Source: Acidimicrobiia bacterium
GTDB taxonomy: Bacteria; Actinomycetota; Acidimicrobiia; Spongiisociales; ZC4RG35
DNA: 64,000 bases
Reading direction: 5' to 3'
Assembly (NCBI GenBank): GCA_025937235.1
Contig: JAICRU010000002.1
Coordinates: 6,304-70,303, forward strand
Shown: positions 57,286-64,000 of the stretch, one piece after another
Layout: every line of letters starts with the position of its first letter
Numbering within the stretch: the first letter of the stretch is position 1
Notes under the pieces: generated by a model
Databases searched by the model: none
What the model was told of the DNA's origin: nothing
What the model saw: the letters and a program-made list of their open reading frames with translations, nothing else
Program-made: the position numbers and the translations under genes

Positions 57286-58334
57286 CCCTGGACGAAGGTA
57301 GGGATGTCGAGCACGTCGTCGCCCTCCTCGAAACCGGAGTATGACCGGCTCGCGGCAGACCGGGCGGGGGCGGCACGTCCCTGGCGCCTTCGCTCGAATC
57401 CGGCGGCGATCACCGTCACCTTCATCTCCTCACCGAGATCGTCGTCGACGATGGCGCCGAAGATGATGTCGGCCTCGGTGTCGGCGTGGTCGGCCACGAC
57501 CCGGGCGGCCTCGGTCGCCTCGTGCAGAGTCATCGACGAGGGCCCAGAGACAGACAGCAGCACGCCTTTGGCACCCTCCATCGAGGTCTCCAGCATCGGG
57601 CTCGAGATGGCACGCTCGGCGGCCTGCTTGGCCCGATTCTCACCCGTGGCCCGCCCGATCCCCATCACCGCGGACCCGGCGTCGGACATGATCGTGCGGA
57701 CATCGGCGAAGTCCACATTGATCAACCCTGGAGTGGTGATCAGGTCGGTGATGCCGGCCACACCGCTCATGAGGACCTCGTCGGCGAGGCGGAACGTCTC
57801 GGCGATCGGTGCGGTGGGATCGCCCACCTCCAGGAGCCGGTCGTTCGGGATCACGATGAGCGTGTCCACTGCGTCTTTGAGGTCGTCGATGCCCTGCTCG
57901 GCGTGAACGGCACGTCGTCTGCCTTCGAACCCGAAGGGCCGGGTCACGACGCCCACGGTCAGGGCACCGACCGACCGGGCCACCTCCGCCACTACCGGGG
58001 CCCCGCCGGTGCCCGTGCCACCACCCTCACCGGCAGTGATGAAGATCATGTCCGAGCCCTTGAGCACGTCCTCGAGCTCGGCCTTGTGCTCCTCGGCCGC
58101 GGCCCGGCCGATCTCGGGGTTGGCGCCGGCGCCGAGACCCCAGGTCACTTCACGGCCGATGTCGAGCTTGACGTCCGCATCGCTCATCAGGAGCGCCTGG
58201 GCATCGGTGTTGAGAGCGATGAACTCCACGCCACGTATGCCCGCATCGACCATGCGGTTGACGGCGTTGACGCCGCCCCCGCCGATCCCTACGACTTTTA
58301 TGACAGCCAGATAGCCGCCGCTCGAAGAGCTCAC
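57282..58334 (-). CDS. ftsZ: Cell division GTPase FtsZ (350 aa, short C-terminal linker)
   Basis: Tubulin signature GGGTGTG ([15 protein letters not shown]) and T7 loop. Confidence 0.95.
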   Translation of the reverse strand: MSSSSGGYLAVIKVVGIGGGGVNAVNRMVDAGIRGVEFIALNTDAQALLMSDADVKLDIGREVTWGLGAGANPEIGRAAAEEHKAELEDVLKGSDMIFITAGEGGGTGTGGAPVVAEVARSVGALTVGVVTRPFGFEGRRRAVHAEQGIDDLKDAVDTLIVIPNDRLLEVGDPTAPIAETFRLADEVLMSGVAGITDLITTPGLINVDFADVRTIMSDAGSAVMGIGRATGENRAKQAAERAISSPMLETSMEGAKGVLLSVSGPSSMTLHEATEAARVVADHADTEADIIFGAIVDDDLGEEMKVTVIAAGFERRRQGRAAPARSAASRSYSGFEEGDDVLDIPTFVQG

Positions 58335-58462
58335 GATTCCTCCAGTGGATATCCGTGTGGTGATTCCTTAGGGCTGAAGTAGAGGTTTACCGTTCGCCTC
58401 CTGGATAGTAAAGAGACAATCTCTAACCTTCTACTAGACATTGATGGCCCGCTCTTCACAGC

Positions 58463-59200
58463 TCATCCCGAGGATATGGCGGGGTTGGTGGGCGCGATCA
58501 GGGTCAAGATCGATCCCGCGGGCGGCCGCTCGCGGATCAATGCGGCCAGGCTCAGGGCCTTGGCGCTCATCTCCACCGGTCGACCCAACCTGACCTCAAA
58601 ACCACCGACCTCGGCCCACAGCTCTCCCCCGGTCTCGGTTCGCAGCCGCGCCCCGGTCTTCAGCTCCTCGCCGAGGCTCGATGCGAACTCGAGGGCGCCG
58701 AGCAAATCGGGGGTGGGCTCGGCCATGACCTCTACGCCCCCGATCTGAATCCATGGCATGGCCGGGTCGGGTTCGGGTGCCGTGACCAATCGGACGCCAT
58801 CGATCGCATAGAGCCCCCAACCCTCGTCGGTCTCTACCCAGGCGGAAGGAACCCGCTCCTCCACCCTCACCACGACACTCTGTGGCCAGACGAGCTCGAC
58901 ATCGGATTCACGGACCCACGGATCGGTTTCCAATGCGGTCTCGATCCGCCCGGTCCGGATCATGATCATCGGGGTGCCCTCCACCACACCGTGTTCGATG
59001 AGGACGGCTTCCGAGGTGCTGGCTGCTACGCCGCTCGTCGTGACAGAGGCGACACTCAGCCACGGCGAGAGAAACACCCAGACCACGGCGCCAGCGACCC
59101 CGGCTGCGACCAGGAACTTGACCAGACGGCTCACGTTTCGACGTGCCCGGTCCTCGGCCACCGCGCGTCTCCGCTCGGCCAGACGTGGGTCAATGCTCAT
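58463..59200 (-). CDS. ftsQ: Cell division protein FtsQ/DivIB (POTRA)
   Basis: Single TM (VKFLVAAGVAGAVVWVFL) followed by POTRA and beta domains. Start placed at the internal Met (MSIDPRL, 59200), 7 nt after the murB stop. The ORF-track start overlaps murB by 71 nt. Confidence 0.7.
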   Translation of the reverse strand: MSIDPRLAERRRAVAEDRARRNVSRLVKFLVAAGVAGAVVWVFLSPWLSVASVTTSGVAASTSEAVLIEHGVVEGTPMIMIRTGRIETALETDPWVRESDVELVWPQSVVVRVEERVPSAWVETDEGWGLYAIDGVRLVTAPEPDPAMPWIQIGGVEVMAEPTPDLLGALEFASSLGEELKTGARLRTETGGELWAEVGGFEVRLGRPVEMSAKALSLAALIRERPPAGSILTLIAPTNPAISSG

Positions 59201-60091
59201 CTTCGAATCCGACGAACTGGATCTCCGGCTCCAGCATGGTCCCGGTGTCCTCGAAAACACGGTCTTTCACTTCGTCCACCAGCCGTCGTATGTCGCCAGA
59301 GGTGGCGCCGGGGCCGGCCACGAAGAAGTTGGCATGCTTCGCCGAAACGGAGACATCGCCCACCGTCAACCCTTTCAGCCCCAGCGAGTCGATGATCTCC
59401 CCTGCCGTTGCCCCAGGTGGGTTCTTGAACACACTCCCCGCGTTGAATGTGCCGCCCGGCTGGTTGTCACGCCGCCACCTCGTGATCCGACGAAGCTCGG
59501 CACGTCCGAGATCGCCGTCGCCGGGGGAGGCCTGGAACAGCGCGTCGACGACGATCTCGGTCGGTCCGACATTGGAATGCCGGTACGACATCTCGAGGTC
59601 CTCAGGACCTGCCTCCCTGCGCGCGCCATCAGCTAGATCGATGATCGAGGCTCTGATGAGCCGGTCCCGGGTCTCGGTCCCGAAGCAGCCGGCGTTCTGG
59701 CGCACCGCCCCACCGACCGACCCCGGCACTCCGACGAAGAATTCGAGACCGGTCAGGCCCTGGTCGACACTGGAACGGGCGACGTGGGCCAATGGAGCTG
59801 CGCCGCCGGCACGTACTCGCGTCCCTTTCACCTCGATCCCGGCGAACTTGGAGCCAAGACGGATGACGAGCCCTGTGAACCCGGCGTCGGCCACGACGAG
59901 GTTGGATCCCCTCCCCACCACCAGGACGGGAAGATCTCGGGCGACACCCGCATCGACCAGCTCCCCAAGGGCTCGGACGTCCTCCACCTCGGTCATGAAT
60001 CGGGCCGGTCCGCCCGCCTTGTAGGTGGTGTAGGGACCGAGCGGGACGTTCTCCGCCACGACTCCGGAGGCGACCAGGGTTGCGAGTGTCG

Positions 60092-60095
<4 letters not shown>
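59190..60095 (-). CDS. murB: UDP-N-acetylenolpyruvoylglucosamine reductase
   Basis: FAD-binding PCMH domain (RGSNLVVAD) and catalytic region. Confidence 0.85.
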
Positions 60096-61449
<1,354 letters not shown>

Positions 61450-61453
<4 letters not shown>

Positions 61454-62520
61454 GACCGCTCCAACATCGCGTCCGCGATTGTGCCTGCCGCGCCCGGTTT
61501 GGCGATGCCGAGGGCGTTGGCCCGCATCTCCTGCAGCTGGCCCGCCGAGAAGAGAAGCTCCTCGACCAGTCCGGGGAGCTCTGCGATTCGGTCCTGCGAC
61601 AGCACCGTTGCCGCCCCATTGTCACCGAGGAAGGCGGCGTTGGCAGCCTGATGACCCGAGGAGCCGAAGTCACCAGGGACGAGGATCGAGGGCGTGCCCG
61701 TGGCGGTCAATTCGGCCACACCACCTCCGGCCCTGGCCACCACCAGGTCGCTGGCCGCATAGAAGAGCTCGATCCGCTCTTCGAAAGGTCTTTGCACCCA
61801 TGAGATCTCCGGAGACGTGTCCATGCCCTCACCGGCGATGGGGCTCCCCGTCAGATGGAGCACTTGCATGTGACGGCCCGACCATCCCCGAACCAGCGAG
61901 GCGATTGCTTCATTGAGCACCCGGGCCCCGAGTGACCCACCGATCACACCGAGCACCGGGCTCGTTGCGTCGAGACCGAAATGGCTCAATGCCCCGGGCC
62001 GGAGCCGGCCGCGATCGAAGCTCACCAGAGCCGGCCGCACCGGGTTGCCCACCCATTCACCCCTGTCGAGGCCCTCGGTATGAGGGAAGGAGGTGAACAC
62101 ACGTGACGCCCATCGTGAGGCGACCCGATTGGCCAGCCCTGCCCCGGCATTCTGCTCGGCCACGAAGAGGACGACACCGGCGCCTCTCGCGGCGAGGGCA
62201 GCCGGGAAGGTGACATATCCCCCCATGCCCAGGATGACTCTCACCGCTCGCTCCTCCATGGAGGACGCGATGGTGTCGCGGGCACGCAACATCACCCGGG
62301 GCAGGGTCAGATTGCGGGTGGTCATCGACCGCTGGAGCCCGTAGATCTCGATACGGAGGAAGGGAAAGCCGGCGCCTGGGTAGATCTCCGCCTCGATCCG
62401 GTCACCGCCGATGAAGAGGATCGATTCCTTGGCCACGCCGCGGCTCAGGAGCGCCTCGCCGACTGCCAGCCCGGGAAACACGTGTCCCCCGGTTCCGGCT
62501 GCAGCTATGGCAAAGGTCAT
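61450..62520 (-). CDS. murG: Undecaprenyldiphospho-muramoylpentapeptide beta-N-acetylglucosaminyltransferase
   Basis: G-loop AAGTGGHVFP and GT-B fold. Start at ATG 62520 (MTFAIAAAG). The ORF-track call adds 150 spurious N-terminal residues. Confidence 0.9.
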
Positions 62521-63680
62521 GTCTTGGGAGGTACCCCGGCCTGGGCGATGTTGACCAGGATGCCCAGCGAGGCCATGGCAACGATGAGCGCGGTGCTCCC
62601 GAACGAAACGAACGGGAGGGCGATCCCGGTGATAGGCATCACCCCGAGGACTCCACCGATGTTGACTATGGCCTGGAAGGTGAGCCAGGCGGTGAGACCT
62701 GCCGCCACCATCCTCCCGAAGCGATCCGGCGCCCTGGCCGCAACTGCCCATCCGGCCAGGGCCAGGACGACGTAGAGGCCGATCACCGTCAGGCCTCCGA
62801 TCAACCCGGCCTCCTCGCCGATGATGGCGAAGATGAAGTCGGTGTGGGCGTTGGGCAGATAGAACCACCGCGCTCTGCTCGCCCCGAGGCCGACGCCGAA
62901 CAAGCCTCCGTTGGACAGCGCGTAGTAGCTCTGGATCAATTGATACCCCTCGCCACTGGCGTTCTCCCAAGGATTGAGAAAGCCGGTGATGCGGTCGACC
63001 CGGTACTGGTCGCTGAAGGCGAGCAGCCAGGCGGCGCCAACGACGAGGATCGTGAGCAGCAACACGTAGCGCAGCGGGCTCTCACTCGCCATGATCACTG
63101 CCATGGCGGCCGCGCCGATGATGATCGTGGTCCCCAGGTCCGGTTGGAGGATCACCAGACCTCCGACGACACCCACTGTGAACAAGACAGGCACAACGAA
63201 GTGGCCGAACCGGGTGAGCAATCGATGTTTCTTCTCCAACATCTGGGCGAGAACGATCACCACCGCCACCTTGGCCAGCTCGGAAGGCTGGAAGCTGAAA
63301 CCGGCCACAGGGAGCCAGCGTTGCGAGCCTCCGATCACCGGTCCCACGACGAGGACCGCAACCAGCAACGCGACGGTCACGAAGAACCCGGGTAGGGCGA
63401 GGCGGCGATATACCCGGTAGGGAATTCGGCTGGTGACGAGAAGGGCGATCGTGCCGATACCAACACCGATCAGCTGGCGTTTGAAGAAGTAGAACCGATC
63501 CTCGGCCTGATCGATAGCCACCGCCGAAGAGGCGGACTGGGTCGCACCCAGGCCGATCACGATCAGTACCACCCCGAGCACCAGAAGAGCGGTGGCCGTG
63601 CGGTTGTTGGTCTTCAGCCGCTCGGCCCGGCTCCTCGCCGCTGCCCTGACCTTTGCTATCGAGGTCACACTCGCCGTCAT
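62517..63680 (-). CDS. ftsW: SEDS-family peptidoglycan glycosyltransferase FtsW
   Basis: 10-TM SEDS protein. Start at ATG 63680 (MTASVTSIAK) overlaps the murD stop. Confidence 0.85.
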   Translation of the reverse strand: MTASVTSIAKVRAAARSRAERLKTNNRTATALLVLGVVLIVIGLGATQSASSAVAIDQAEDRFYFFKRQLIGVGIGTIALLVTSRIPYRVYRRLALPGFFVTVALLVAVLVVGPVIGGSQRWLPVAGFSFQPSELAKVAVVIVLAQMLEKKHRLLTRFGHFVVPVLFTVGVVGGLVILQPDLGTTIIIGAAAMAVIMASESPLRYVLLLTILVVGAAWLLAFSDQYRVDRITGFLNPWENASGEGYQLIQSYYALSNGGLFGVGLGASRARWFYLPNAHTDFIFAIIGEEAGLIGGLTVIGLYVVLALAGWAVAARAPDRFGRMVAAGLTAWLTFQAIVNIGGVLGVMPITGIALPFVSFGSTALIVAMASLGILVNIAQAGVPPKT

Positions 63681-64000
63681 CCCGATCCCGCCTCCTCCAT
63701 GATCTCCTTCACCATCTCCGAGAAGCTGTCCCCGCGCTCTGAGTACGAATCGAACTGATCGAAGCTGGCGCACCCAGGAGCAAGGAGCACGGTGTCACCC
63801 GGCTCCGCCAGATCCGCAGCCATCTGCACCGCCCGCGTCAGCGTCCCGGTGTCGATGCCCCTGTCCCCGGCCGCCCGGGCCAGCACAGGACCGGCCTCAC
63901 CGATGCCGAGCAAATGACGCACGTTCGGCTCTTCGGCGATGGGTGTCACGTCCATGCCCTTGGCCAGCCCTCCGGCAATGAGGAGCACCGGGCCCACGGC
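63677..64000 (-). CDS. murD: UDP-N-acetylmuramoylalanine--D-glutamate ligase, C-terminal part (gene continues beyond right window edge)
   Basis: C-terminal Mur-ligase domain (VLLIAGGLAKG...DTVLLAPGCASFDQFDSYSERGDSF). Confidence 0.8.
   Translation of the reverse strand, partial: AVGPVLLIAGGLAKGMDVTPIAEEPNVRHLLGIGEAGPVLARAAGDRGIDTGTLTRAVQMAADLAEPGDTVLLAPGCASFDQFDSYSERGDSFSEMVKEIMEEAGSG

Overview
This is high-GC, actinobacterial-type chromosomal DNA. The gene content suggests a deep-branching actinobacterium: murB sits inside the dcw cluster, there is no ftsA, and FtsZ is short.

The backbone is conserved housekeeping synteny. It runs uvrA ... uvrB-coaE ... rpsA-polA on the minus strand. Further right come tRNA-Leu(CAA), ygfZ-ccdA, nth, a tandem-ThyX gene, an ArsA-like ATPase pair, dnaE and rluD-lspA. 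ileS and the dcw/division cluster (divIVA-yggT-sepF-yggS-pgeF-ftsZ-ftsQ-murB-murC-murG-ftsW-murD) close the window.

Two accessory insertions interrupt this backbone.

1. A roughly 6 kb surface-glycan cassette lies between uvrB and uvrA. It has a WbpB/WbpE/WbpD-like dehydrogenase, aminotransferase and N-acetyltransferase triad, a GT2, an LtaS/sulfatase-like membrane enzyme and a Wzy/GT-C-like membrane protein. An MBOAT/SGNH O-acyltransferase pair and a UXS-like epimerase lie just beyond uvrA.

2. A roughly 11.3 kb Flp/Tad pilus island (15942-27262) lies between coaE and rpsA. It has several atypical features:
- a NarL-type two-component system sits directly upstream of four tandem flp pilin genes; two of the pilin genes are almost identical at the DNA level and each is followed by a UUCG-tetraloop hairpin;
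- the convergent cpaB-tadZ-tadA-tadB-tadC operon lacks a recognisable prepilin peptidase or TadE/F pseudopilins;
- TadB is fused to an N-terminal secreted VWA domain and is interrupted by an in-frame TAA, 37 codons before its natural end;
- an uncharacterised 448-aa protein with ten transmembrane helices and a C-terminal soluble domain is translationally coupled to tadC as the last gene of the operon.

Other points worth a second look are an actinobacterial SOS (Cheo) box upstream of uvrA, a divergent CATG start-codon overlap at the left island boundary, and a decayed gene cluster around the tRNA.
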